Positions 49,297 to 61,787 of a stretch of DNA of 64,000 nucleotides are shown here, piece after piece. The stretch lies in the NCBI GenBank assembly GCA_045837725.1, contig JBEWZL010000220.1:1-64000 (forward strand), in the 5' to 3' direction. A model generated the notes under the pieces. It had not been told where the DNA came from. It ran no database searches and was given only the letters and a program-made list of their open reading frames with translations. Positions within the stretch are counted from its first letter, which is position 1. Each line of letters opens with the position of its first letter. This DNA is from Vermamoeba vermiformis. Its lineage: Eukaryota. The position numbers and the translations under genes were made by a program.

Positions 49297-50637
49297 ATGG
49301 CGACTAAGAAAGATTATCCGACCTCAGCCGAGGAGTACGAGCTGTTGGAGCTCATCGGCTCTGGCAGTGGTGACAAAACCAAGGTATACAGAGCCAAAGT
49401 CAAGAAGACAGGCGAAGAAGTTGCAATTAAAATGATTGACTTGGAGAATTATGGTGTGCATCAATTTGAAACTATTAGGGTAAGTTAAAAAAGATATCAA
49501 TTTAATTTTCCATTTCGAAAAAAAATTAATTATTAGCCGTTCTTTGTGCTTGATGGCATGACACGATATACTACATTTGTTAATATCTCACAAATAACAG
49601 AAAGAAATTCAAATCATGAGTTTATGTCAACATCCAAATATTGTAGAATACTTTTGTAGCTTTGTACAAGACACAGCACTGTGGCTCGTCATGAGGTTGA
49701 TGGCAGGTACGTTATTAGCATCTACTTGATGACATGGTGCACAACGAGTACTTACTCCGCGCAGGATCGTGTCTGGACATTATGCGCTACGCGTACAAAG
49801 ACGGATTCAAAGATGAAGCGCTGTTAGCGACGATTTTATACAACGCACTTGTAGGCATTCAATATCTGCACGAACAATCGCGTTTGCATCGCGACATCAA
49901 AGCAGGCAACATTCTGATCGAGACAGATGGCAGCGTGCGACTCGGTGACTTTGGTGTCTCTGCCGTGCTCAATTCGCACGATGAGAAGCGCACTACATTT
50001 GTGGGGTGAGTACTTGTCCTATTGCACACTTCGAAGTTCGCTGACGCACTCGCTGCACAGAACACCGTGTTGGATGGCACCCGAAGTGTTAGATCCCGAA
50101 GAGTACAAAGGCTACGACAAGAAGGCAGACATATGGTCGCTGGGCATCACGGCGATTGAACTCGCGCAAGGTGTGCCGCCCTATGCCCGCGAGGCCCCCA
50201 TGAAAGTGATCATGCTCGTGCTCTCACGGCCCTCACCGCACTTGCCAGCTGACAGCGCATTTTCCAAGAATTTTCACGAATTTATTGCTGCCTGTCTCAT
50301 CAAAGACCCGCAAAAACGACCCACGGCGCAACAACTGCTGCAACACAAGTTCTTGACGCAACGACGCGACGCGCAGTACATCACCGAGGCACTGCTCACC
50401 AAACTGCCGCTGATTGGTGCGCGCTATCGACAGCAGAAGGGCACCGCTGCCGCTAGTGACGCGGAAAAGCTCCGTGCACGCCTGGCCTCGCTGTCCGCTG
50501 GTGACGGCAATCGATCGCGCACCAACAGTGCGACACCAGCACGCGACAGCAGTGCAGTGAGTGACAGCGGCGAGTGGGACTTTGAAGTGGACGATCACAC
50601 GGGCGAGAAGGTCAAACGTAAAAAAGTTGCAAAGTAA
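49297..50637 (+). CDS. STE20-family Ser/Thr kinase (FRAY/OSR1-like)
   Basis: [60 protein letters not shown]. Confidence 0.93.
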
Positions 50638-50807
50638 ATGTTCTATTTATAGCTGCTGTCGTACTCTTACCAGCGCGGTACTGTGTTGTGTTGTGCTGTC
50701 ATCTACGAGGCATCGTGTGCTTAAGTTTGCGAGTGTGCACTGACGAACAGTGGCAATCACTCGTTGAGTGCTGTTTGCATTGCTCATCCATTCAGTGAAC
50801 GCACTGT

Positions 50808-52286
50808 TCAGTGAAGCCACTCCTCCACTCCCCACAGTAATTGCTCCAATTCTTTCAACGACGAAAATTCGCGCCTTGGTGGCACTACGCCATCACGCAG
50901 CTGTCGTTCGCTCGAGTCGTGGTCTACACCGCGCATGTAAGGGGTCGGATAGGGCACCGGACACCACTCTGGATGCGTCATCCACACGGTACGTATCGCG
51001 TCCTGCTGCCAGTCAGTGCCACGAATCGACGCGCAAGTGCGTTATTCAATGTTACCTGCACGTGAATGAGCGTGTAGCACATGCAACGATAGGCCAGTGT
51101 CGCGAGTGGGCCAAAGTAACCTGCGGGGAATTGCTGCGAGCACTTGTTAGTATTGCCAAATTAGGAAAGAGGACCATTTACCTTGACAAACTCCGCCAAA
51201 AGCTGCTTGTCGCATCTAAATAAGGCAAGATGAATGGCCACGAGTTCGTATGCCGTGTCACCGACCAGCGTGTCACCGAAGTCGATCAATGACACGGGCT
51301 TCCACTTGACACCTTCAGGCCAGGCACCGCGCGGATCAATGTTGATCACGTGCTCGTTGCTGTCCACCAACACGCCCAGCACTTGTTCGTCGCTGAGGTC
51401 ACCGTGGAGATACACGGGAGATTGATCACGTGCGTGTCTGAACAGCTCTCGCGCATCACGTGGGAGATAGTCATCGAGCTCTGCGATGAGATTGGGTGAC
51501 AGCAATTGCCATTCTTGGTGACGCGAGCGACAGCTGCGCCGTTGTTTGGCGATGAAGTGCTCGAACTCGTGCCACGTGTGCGGACCAGTGGGCGTGAGCT
51601 GATGCAACTGCGGCATCCACTCCACCAAGAACTGACACGTGCGCGTCATGTCGTCGCGTGTCAACTTGTCAAATACGCGAATGACAGGCAGCGCAGTGAC
51701 GTAGGTCAACACAATGTACGGCCAGGGCCACACTTGATCGTAGCTGAAGTGCGGGTAGGGCGTGTAGTGCGGGTGTTGCGGCTCTGACTCGTCCTCGTCG
51801 TAGAGTTCAGCCAGCACTCCCTTGGCCAGCATGCGCGGGGTGACGCGAGCGAGAGCGGGCTGATGTTGCGTCAAGTACTCGTAGAAGCGCGACTCAGTCT
51901 TGAAGCCCTTGGAGCCTGCAAAGTACGAGCTGCTCAGCTTGATGACGCACTGCACGGACTCGAGCTCGTGGGGCTGCGTGCTGGGGCTAACGACTTGACC
52001 CTCGCGGATCTTCCATCCGTGTATAAAAAATACCTGATGATGTTAATCGCATTACAACGCGTTGATAGCAATTCATGAATGAAAAACTTAAAAAAACTAA
52101 AATATGGAATTCGGATCGATTACTTACAGGATTTGTTCCATCTTGCAACGATACAATATTGGGACGAAATTGATCGCTAATTTCCACGATTTTGTGGTGC
52201 GAAAGGATGCGGTAAAGCATAGGGCGCCACATCCGCGGCTGCTTGAGTGCTTTCATATAATCATTGACATCTACAAATGATAGCAT
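50808..52286 (-). CDS. Aminoglycoside-phosphotransferase-like (APH/ChoK) kinase
   Basis: GTNPV, VIK, E..FY, WPYIV, LH, YLHGDLSDEQVL, IDFGD...GD..YELV.IH...FRCDK.LL, CYTLIH. Multi-exon. Confidence 0.8.
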
Positions 52287-52521
52287 GAAGGTACTTGTAT
52301 GATTAAATTATCGGTCGTTGTTTTGTGTTGGCGCGGCGTCGTAATCTTAAGGAAATTAAAATATCCTTTTCTAATTGGTCGGATAATTTTATCAATTTTA
52401 TTTCAAACCACGTGACAATTTTTTCGGTCGTTCGTCTTTTGCCCTCTTTCTGTTCCTTCTTGCTTTTCTTATTAGCTCCACCGTGGTATTTATCAACAGA
52501 GCCCTTGTCCAATAATATAAA

Positions 52522-53405
52522 ATGGTGGTATGTATTTTTGTTGTTTGGTTATTTAACAACGATAAGGGAAAATATCAACTCGGATTTATGGCCAACAACC
52601 CACCATGCGGAAATGCAACTCGATTATTATTAAAATAATTAATTCGTACAATTGGTTGGATTATTGATGGCATAATAACTCAATTTACACGACCGATCAC
52701 CAATAATTATTATTTTTTAATTATTATCAGTATTTATTGTGGTTGAATACGCTTAATTAATAATATTTTGCAGTACCAAGAATTCGTCGTTATCGGCCGT
52801 GCCAAGCCCACCGAAGCTGATGCTCAACCCAAGATCTACCGTTTGCGCATCTTCGCTAAGACCGAATTGATCGCCAAGAGCCGCTTCATCTTCTACTTGA
52901 GAACCACCAAGAAGATCAAGGCTGCTCACGGTGAGGTCCTTGCTGTTCACAAGGTAACTAGGGCTTAAAGATCGCACCAATAATATATTGTGGATTTGGA
53001 CAAATATTATTTTAAATTTTCAGCACCTGAAATAATAATTTCTAATTCGTATAATAATAGATTTCTGAGCGCAATCCTCGCCACGTCAAGAACTACGGCA
53101 TTTGGTTGAGATACCGCAGCGCATCCAACCAACACAACTTGTACAAGGAGTACCGTGACGTCTCTCGCGCTGGTGCCGTGACTCAATTGTACAACGATAT
53201 GGCTGGCAGACACCGCGCCTCATACAGTGCCATTCAAATCATTGACATTAAGGAAATCGATCCTAAGGACTGCAGACGTGAAAATGTTAAGCAATTCCAC
53301 AACGCCTCGATCCGATTCCCCTTGCCCCACAGAGTGTTGCGCGCCTCGCACCCCAAGTTCAAGACTACCTTCAAGGCCCACAGACCCATCACTCACCTTG
53401 GATAA
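52522..53405 (+). CDS. RPL18A: 60S ribosomal protein eL20 (L18a)
   Basis: YQEFVVIGR..P, KIYRLRIFA...AKSRF, VKNYGIWLRYRS...HNLYKEYRD, QFH..IRFPLPHR. Two introns. Confidence 0.97.
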
Positions 53406-53625
53406 AACAGTTCTGTTGCTCAAATACAATACGAATAATAACAACTGCAAGTGTGGGCACTGCCGTTCTTGGCACCGAGAAATAAAACAAAAATCTCAAA
53501 AATACTTGCTTTGTAGAGTTGTATTGAGTGTGTACTCGTATGAATAGTGCGGAGGTGTGACACCAAAATCTCTTTCGATTTCTGGTTGCGGCTAATTTTC
53601 TCTGAATCTGACGCTGACTAACACA

Positions 53626-54599
53626 ATGGACGAGGAGAGTGGCCGCGGAGAACGCAAATTCAAGAAGGAAAAGAAGCACAAGAAGCATAAGAAGCGCGCT
53701 AATGATGTTGAAGAGGATCCGGTTGATTCTGAACGAGGTCCCGATCCACAGCAACAAGCCAAAGACAGATACAGCCAGAGTGCGCCAAAAGATATCGAGC
53801 AGAAGCAGGTCATCAATTGGGAGGACATTAATTATCCTCCCGTACTGCGCCTCTTCCATTACAAGTAGGTTATATAGAGATTTTATTTTAATTTTTTCAA
53901 TTTTCCATTTATTAACATTTCAAATCCAGTTATCACGAACTCAAGAATCCCATCGAATTTCAATTGTGTCAATGGGAACAATGGATATTTATATTCCAAA
54001 GTGCTATCTTAATGTTCAATCGTAAGTGATCCAATCTTTCAAAGCAGCCCACGTGAATCTAACCGAAAACATGTTAAGTGGTTGTACAAGTGGTGCTCAC
54101 TGCAGCTGGAGCCCCCGATGCATACACGTACATTATCGTATCATTCTTCTGTAAGTACAGTGCTTCATAAGCGAGTTTTCCATTGAGTACGCGCTAACAC
54201 TCAGATGCAGTGCTGCTGTTGTACTCCGTGATTGGTATATTCGTGCACGTGTGGGTATACAGAGCACTCGCCCTCGAGAGTGGCGTGCACTACATCGTGT
54301 GGCTGGTGTCGCACTTCATCTGGACTGTCGCACAACTCGTGCTGGCTCTGGCGCACGGCCAGAATGTCGAAGGATTCACCAACATTACGCGCGCACGTGC
54401 ACTCGACGGCGCACTCGGCTCGTTCTGGCTCGCAACGACCATCATCGAGTCCGTCGCGTGGCTCGGCTGTGTGGGCTGGGCAGTGGCACAGGGCGTGAAG
54501 GCCATTCAGCACTTCAATTCAGGGGCATTCAAGGGCGAGGTCAAGGCCCCCAAACTCTTCTCGCGCAAACAGATGATCAAGTCTGTGCTGGGATTCTAA
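53626..54599 (+). CDS. SCAMP-like four-transmembrane protein
   Basis: NYPP..RLFHY..EL (cf. SCAMP NWPP), YRAL..ES..Y after TM2 (E-peptide-like), four hydrophobic segments. Confidence 0.6.
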
Positions 54600-54719
54600 T
54601 AATACAACCCCGTGCTCGAGGAGGAGCTGATTTGTACATACTTGCACGTTTCGCTTATTTATTGCGATGTATAGTTTATAAAGTAAATCATTGTGAGAGC
54701 TTGATCTGTACTAATTAGT

Positions 54720-57270
54720 AGCATCAGGCCTTCATGTTGTTGCTTTGGAAGCTCGTTCTACACTTGACATTTATTTCAAACACGATTTTGCACCATAATA
54801 TCGGCTGGCTAAGGGCCCTTTGTGGATGCTGACTGGAAATTCCTCTTAATACTGTACCGAAAAGTAATGGATCTGATGGTGAGTGGACAGTGTGTTGGGA
54901 TGAAACAGAGATGTTTTGTTTAGGTAATTCCGTGGAGGTTGTCTTGCTCAATTTGAGCAGGACGTCTGGATTTGGACAGGGCGTCTACTAGTAGTAGTAG
55001 GTTTCTCTATCTCCAGTGGCTGGAAGCTGATGTGGATGGAAAGTTCATGCCTAGTAGTATCATATATGCTCTACCTCCGCAGCAAACAGAATTGAATTTC
55101 GTTAATTACTAACTTCAGTGGATGCCCCGTCCGCATCTGGACGCCTTGTCCCTGGATGGACACCCTGTCTATGGACGGACGTTCCCTCTAATTTGGGCAG
55201 GACGACCTCCCTTGTTCAGCAAAAACAATTACCAAGGTGGACATCACAGATCAGGCAAAAATTGGATGTCCGCCTAGGGATTGAGCTGAGGAAAGTTCCC
55301 AGTTTTTGAAATCAAGCTCCAAAGAATAGAATGGCGGATGTCCCATCCACCAAAAATTAGACGTCCACCATGGACCACACGTCCGGCGACCATACATTAT
55401 ATAGTACAAAGTTTTTAACAGGATTTCTATATGCCATGTATGTGGTTAAGCATATCCCTTCCATATAAAAAGGTTTGCCACCAAGCTGGACAAAGTTACA
55501 ACATAAAAAAGTATGAATGATGCAAAAATTTTTGGACAGTTAGGTGACAATGAATTGTAGCCAAAGTTCAGTGGCATAAAATGCGTATAGTTGTGTTGTA
55601 CACAGTATGTGCTGATGGATGGGTTCACACTTAATGCTGAAAAATTACAAATTGCTGTCACTACAATATCTTTGACGATTACTCATATCATCTTGTTATC
55701 TGGTGATAGTTCTATGTATTTCCAAAGTTTAAATGGTTTTGCAGCATACAGAACAAAGTTCTGGTACTTAAGTTCTTTGCAGAACAAAGACATTTTCAGC
55801 CTCCAGCGGCTAGCCCAAAGCCTTCTGATGCCAATAGTAGCCTTCTTGGGCCCGCTGGTGCTAATGGCAAAGTTTGGTTTAAGTTGGTAAATTACTAACA
55901 TCAGCGGACGAAGTGACCCTGGACAGATGCAATGTCCATGGATGGACGAAAAATTTTTGGCAGACAGGATGTCTGCATGCATTCGTAAAAACGTGCAGTA
56001 TTGCTGTACTAAACCACATTATTTAAATTCTATGGTATTCAGCTCTCCCGAAATCCCCCAAATGCACAAATCACAGTCTATACCTTTGTGATTACTGCAT
56101 CTCACGTTATAGTACTGTACTAGCTACTGGCAAGTTAAAAGGGTCAGCAAAAGAACAAATTTCTTTGGACGAAGTTCTTTAAAGAACATTGCCATTTTTA
56201 GGGGCCCATAGCCTCCTACCAACAGCGTTTGCTGCTGGTGCTAATGCCAGAGTTTGTTTAAACAAAACGAACACTGGCAGGTAAGTCAACACATGTGCTC
56301 CTGAAGTGTGTGATGTTTACAAAGTTTGTGGCCCATGAATCCTGTCTGGCAAAAATTGGACGTCTGCCATGGACTGCACGTCCACCGACCATACATCAAG
56401 TAGTATGATGCGTTTGATAAGATTTCTATATAGTGTATATGATTAGGCATATCCCTTCTCAGAAAAAGGGTTGCTCAATACTGGACATCATTTAAAATAT
56501 AAAAAGTATGGATAATGGAAAAAAAGAACAATGCCATTTCAGCCTCCAGCGCTTAACCCAAGCATCCTGATGACAGAAGTAGTACTTCTTTGGCCGTTGG
56601 TGAATGGTTAGAGCGCTCTGTCCAATTTGGACACCCTTCTCAGCTTGGGCAACCTCCCACACAGACAAAAAAAACTCTTGAATGAACTACGCAACTAAAA
56701 ATTGGTAGACAAAGCCTGGGCGCCCTTTGGATTTGGCCCCTCCAACAGGGAGTGTTCTATGCAGAGCGCCTCTGCTGGTGGAGCACTGCGAATCCAAGGA
56801 GGTCGGCCAAGTTGGCCAGTGTGGCCGGCCTGGCCAGTCCGGTATGTAGGTATGGTACAAGGCACCAACTGGCGCCCCTCCCGTCAACACAGCAACAACT
56901 TTATTGAGTCCTGCCTTGTAAGAAGTCACAGTATTATAATGGTCTCCTCTCACCTAGATCCCTCCGAACAGTGCACCAAAAAAACAGCCCAGAATAAATG
57001 TTCAGCCATTTGAAAACCAAATTACCTTCAGCCTCTGACACTACTCAGCTGTGAATTTCGCACAAGACCATCTATCAACTTGATTATTCATTTTACCTGT
57101 TGAACATAGCACCAAATAGCCATAACGTCACAGCCTAATTGAGCAATACTCGCAAGTAGTCAAAACATCGTACAAGGGTATGCTGAAAACAAGGGGTTAT
57201 TTAAGAGAACTATACTACCCTTCTTTGATGAATTCCGCAGGTTTATTTTTGTAATTTTTAGACAAAAAGC
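54720..57270. mobile_element. Degenerate transposon-like island (CpG-poor, repeated GGACGTCC-like motifs, internal diverged duplication)
   Basis: No credible gene model. Diverged direct repeat 55351-55860 versus 56350-56602. Many ggacgtc/ggatgtcc/ggacatc variants. Confidence 0.55.
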
Positions 57271-57279
57271 TGCCGTGCC

Positions 57280-58988
57280 TTATTTTTGCAGGGCACTATT
57301 CACGTGTTGATGCAATGTTTGCAGCTTGTCGTGCTCAGCTTTGAGCTCCGCTTGACGCTGCTCGCTGTTCTTGCGCTTGAGGTACTGCGGCGCGAATTGG
57401 AACAGACTCTGCGGTGTTTCACTGAACAGCGGAGTAACAAAGCGGCGCTTCTCTTTGCGGCGCTGCAATTCTTCCGCGGGCAGATACTGTGCCATCGATT
57501 CGCGACGTGACACGCGCTTGATCTTCACTTCGCGCACCACTTTGCGCTGTTCGCTCGGAATCATCACGTGACTGGGATTGTAGCCTAATTTGGTAAGTTC
57601 GGCAGGCAGTTCGGCGTAGAAATTTCGCACGTCAGTGGCGAGAGCACGTGCATTGACACGTGAGTGCAATCGTGCGAGTCGGTCGACCAGGGCCTGAGCG
57701 CGGTCACGCAGCGCAGTGGCAGGTGGCACCCAAGCGAGTTCAGCGACGAGTTGTTTGAGCGGCAGTTCCAAGATGGTGACAGCAGGGGTCGGAGGCTTGG
57801 CGAACTTGTCAATCAGTGCCATCGTGTCGCTCACCAGCTGCCAGTTGTGCACGCGCACAGCCAGACGTGTCAGCACGCCCCAGTACTTCTCGTCGTGCGC
57901 GCTCAGTTGGTGCACGCGCTCTTCAATCGTGTGCGCGTTGACTTTCTTTGACCACACTGCCGCAGAGAGCACGTGACGCAGACTGGCACGTGACAGGCGC
58001 GCACCTTTGTGTTCGAGGCGCGAGTAGTAGCGCACGAGGGTCTTGGCGTCCCCGGCGAGTGCGGCACACTTGAGCACGGCGAGCAGATTGTCGCGCGAGG
58101 GCAGCAGCTGGTGCGGATAGAAGCACTCGTACACCTCCAAGCACTGCGCGATCAGTCCTGACTCTTGATAGGCGAGCAGCAGTGCGTTGAGGGTGGTGTG
58201 ATCCGGTACAAAAGTGCGGTGCATGTTGCTGCTGTCGAAGATGTGCGCCTTCTTCATGTCTTGGTAGATCTGGCGGGTGAAGTCGCGTTAGTAGGGAGCG
58301 TTGCGCGTACAATATTGCACAAATGTAATGCGTAATTGAATTCACTGAAAAGCAGATGTGGCATTACCGTGTCAGCGTAATTGAACTTCTGATGCAGGCC
58401 ATAGTACACCAGCAGTGCATCGTAGACTAGCTTGTCGTTATATATAGCTTGTTGTTGGCCCTTCAGCGTGGTTTTCAAGTCCAAATACGTCACCCAAGCT
58501 GCATCGAGTTCGCCGCGCTTCAAATAGCCAAAGATCAATTGTCTCGCGTCCTCCAATGAGGGTAGTTTACTATGCGCCATCTTATTCTCGCGCGTTGCGT
58601 CCATCAGCGCAGTGAACTCGCTGTCTGAGAGCTGTGGCATCTGACTCTCGATCCAAGCGACGAGTTGACTGTGATCGGGCAACACTTGACGCACTCTATT
58701 GGCCTCCTCGGGACTGAGTTCACTAATAGGCTTCAAATTCGAGGGCAATTGCACTGCTGGACTCGCGCTGAACATTCGTCGCTGAATCTGCTGCAGATTA
58801 TTCTCCACGACTCTGGTGCTATTATTGTGATGTGTTTTGACGTTGTAACAAATACCAGTATTATAAGGGGTATTTTTATGATTTTTAGAATAATTTCTGC
58901 CGCAGTTGAACATAACTCCAGTCGCAGATCTGGGAGTGGATGCAACTCGCACCACTGAAGCTAATAATGCGCCAGACCGTTGCAACAT
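57280..58988 (-). CDS. Mitochondrion-targeted PPR-like protein
   Basis: R/S-rich presequence. PPR-like units VYDALLVYYG...IYQDMKK and PDHTTLNALLLAY..SG....CLEVYE. An intron ending ...ctactaac...cag near 58270 joins the two ORFs. Confidence 0.8.
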
Positions 58989-59160
58989 ATTTGAGCACTA
59001 GTGTACGAATATATGCACAGATTTTGTAGCGGTCTAGTGCTGGCGTGTCAAAACAATAAATAAATAATAAATTAATAATTATTTCTTTTTTGTCCGTCCT
59101 GTTAGCAACACCACAGCTCGTACAAGATCACTTGCGAGTGCATTACACTACACATTTAAT

Positions 59161-61456
59161 ATGAATACGCAGCCAATGGCCGCTGCGCAAGTAGAGACTA
59201 CGCAAGTCTCGTTTCTGATCGACACTACATTCGCCCTCAAAGCGTGGTGGGAGACTGTAGGACTCGGCATTGTATCTGAGCTCGTCAAGTACGTAGTATA
59301 TATATATACTATTCTTGCCGCTCTGCTCAATCAGTCCTTTGCTTGGATCAGCATCCAATGCATGCTTACAATTCAATTCTTTGAACGAATCATTCATGAA
59401 CGGCACTGTACTGCACTAACACGCACCTATTCTCAGAGCTCTCTCTCCCAAGACACCTGACAACCCCACGCCTGGTGCTCCACCGCCCAAGCAAGTAAGT
59501 TGCACCTAAAAATAGCACTTGCCCAATATAGTCACGCCAATCACGTGCCTAATCTCGCGCGCAGATGCAGAACAAGCGCGTGGAGTGGAGTGTGGTGCTG
59601 TACCGCTCGCCCATGCCGTGGAGTGACTTTGTGTGCCAGGCCAGCGAGCTCGGCACCGATCCCAAGCGACTGCAAACCATCTTCCAGGGCATCAAGTTCG
59701 AGGGCGGTCATTTGCAGCACTTTGCATTCACTGAAGCACTCTGCGCCGCACACAACTCACTCACGCGCAATTCTCCGCCCAACAAGCGCGTGACAGCTCG
59801 TCACGTGATCATCATTTGCAGCACGGGACCGATCGGCATTAATTGTTCCGCTCCTGGCTGCAAATATTATGACACGTGGCATGAACACGTGGCACGCATC
59901 AGCAAAGACCTCGGTGCCAAGCTGTCACTGCTGTCACTGGCCAACACGGAGGACTTGCGACAGATGCTCAAAATGGTAATGCAAGCATTGCAAGTATTTC
60001 ACGCACTGACTGTCATGTAGGTGCGTCCAACCGACTCGTTCACTGAATTGAAAGGAGCTTACGCGTCATTTGACCCGTCCATTGAGAGTGAGTGATCACG
60101 TGCTGTTGAGATGCATTGCCTAATTTGGACATATCTATTTTTAGTACCGCAGTCCCTCATGCCGCAACACGCCGTGCCCATGCCCGTAGCCCCCGCACCG
60201 CTGAGTGCCACCAATGCACCCAAGCCCGTGCACATGACACCTGTCACACATGTCATGTCCAGCACGGGGGTCAGTGTGCCTATAAATAGCACTGGCAATC
60301 CTGTACTTGCCAATTCTGGCAATCCCATGCTCAACCCCTCGCACATGCCCGGACGACCGAGCGGTTTTCAACCGACCCCGACATTTATGCCGGGCAGTGC
60401 GGGGCCCATGATGACTTTCCCGCCCGGGCAACCCGCGCCATCGAAATTTCCCGAGATCAAACCTCGTCCCGTCACTAATTCTCCGGGCATGATTCGTCGG
60501 AGCAATACCCCGACACCGCAGAATGCACCAGTGGCACTTGCCAAATCGGGAGGGGTGATGAATGTCGGTCAGCCTTCCTTATATGGCAATGCAGGGCCTC
60601 GTCCAGCTCTCGGCGGAGATTTATTGGCCGCGTACCCCGCACAAGCAGTGCGGCCAGTGTGGATCGGAAATCTCCGCTTGAGCTCGCAGACCCTCAACAT
60701 GGCGTGTCGCGTGCAAGCAGTGCCAGCGAACCCGAAATCTCCGGGAGATAGCAGCGGAGAATTAAGTCTGACGGAGTGGAACAGCGACCTGTTCATCACG
60801 CAATTTGTTCCGCTCGATGCTGTCAAACGTCTGACGAGCTCCACGACACCACGTGTCATTGTGCGATTCATGCCGCACGAGATGCAGTACGTGACTGACG
60901 ATTGCCTAATATGGTAATAAGTGCTGATCGATCTGACAGGGACAAGCAACCATATTTGGAAATGGTCAATCAGTTCAAGAGCGGTGCGGTACGTGTCAAA
61001 TGCCGTATTCAGCGAGCACTTGCCTAATTTAGTCATTGATTCCTAGTTTGGACTGGTGGAGCTGCAGACCAAGGCAGTGCTGATCGGACTCACCGCACAG
61101 CCCGCGCGCACGTTCATGGGACTCGTGGTGCCGCGTGAGTCCTGGCTGCGCGCACAACAAGCGACCAATCAGAGCCAAGCCAATCTCGCGCTCGCACCCA
61201 ATCTCGGTGCTGCTCCGAACCCTGGTGGAGGTGTCGCGCAGTTCCGCCCCGCACTCAACCAGGGCCAATTCCAGGGCCAGCAGTTCTTCACTCCTCCGAA
61301 CTTTGCACCGAGTAAGTATTGCACGAATTTGGCGCAAAGACTGGTGACTGACTCGTTTTTCCTAATTTAGAACAACCAGCGTACAACATGAACATGCAGA
61401 ACACGGGTGTAAATTTAGGCAATATTAATTACCGAGGACCCAATTCATTCCAATAA
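59161..61456 (+). CDS. MED25: Mediator subunit 25 (VWA + ACID/PTOV-like)
   Basis: VSFLIDTT..L..WW, WSVVLY, I.FEGG...A.TEAL, HVIIICS.GP (Med25 VWA), Pro/Met linker, VWIGNL...W...L.I..F (ACID-like). Confidence 0.78.
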
Positions 61457-61787
61457 TGACTCGTAACTGAGTCTGTTGCCTTATTTGGACAATTAACCTT
61501 TTTTGTAAATAAACTGTACAATTTTACTGTCGTTACGTACACGGCGCTATTTTTATATACAACGAGTTGATCACGTGACTTTGGAAGCCAGCAGTGACGA
61601 GGTTCGGGGAATTTCCGCTTGAGAATTCTTGAGCGGAGAATTAGAGCGGAGATAATCGTCGCGCACACTGTCCATTAATCCGCCCTTGTTGTCACGTGCT
61701 CGCGTGCCAGGCGTCAGCACAGGAATATCTGCAATGATTGAGTGAGCATGATCAGAGTTCGATGAGTTATTGCAATTATTCGCAGTG

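Noticed and set aside
52528-52773. snoRNA in the RPL18A first intron
   Set aside because: No C/D or H/ACA box arrangement visible.
58254-58370. Apparent frameshift or overlap between the two PPR ORFs
   Set aside because: Explained by an intron with a ctactaac branch site and cag acceptor.
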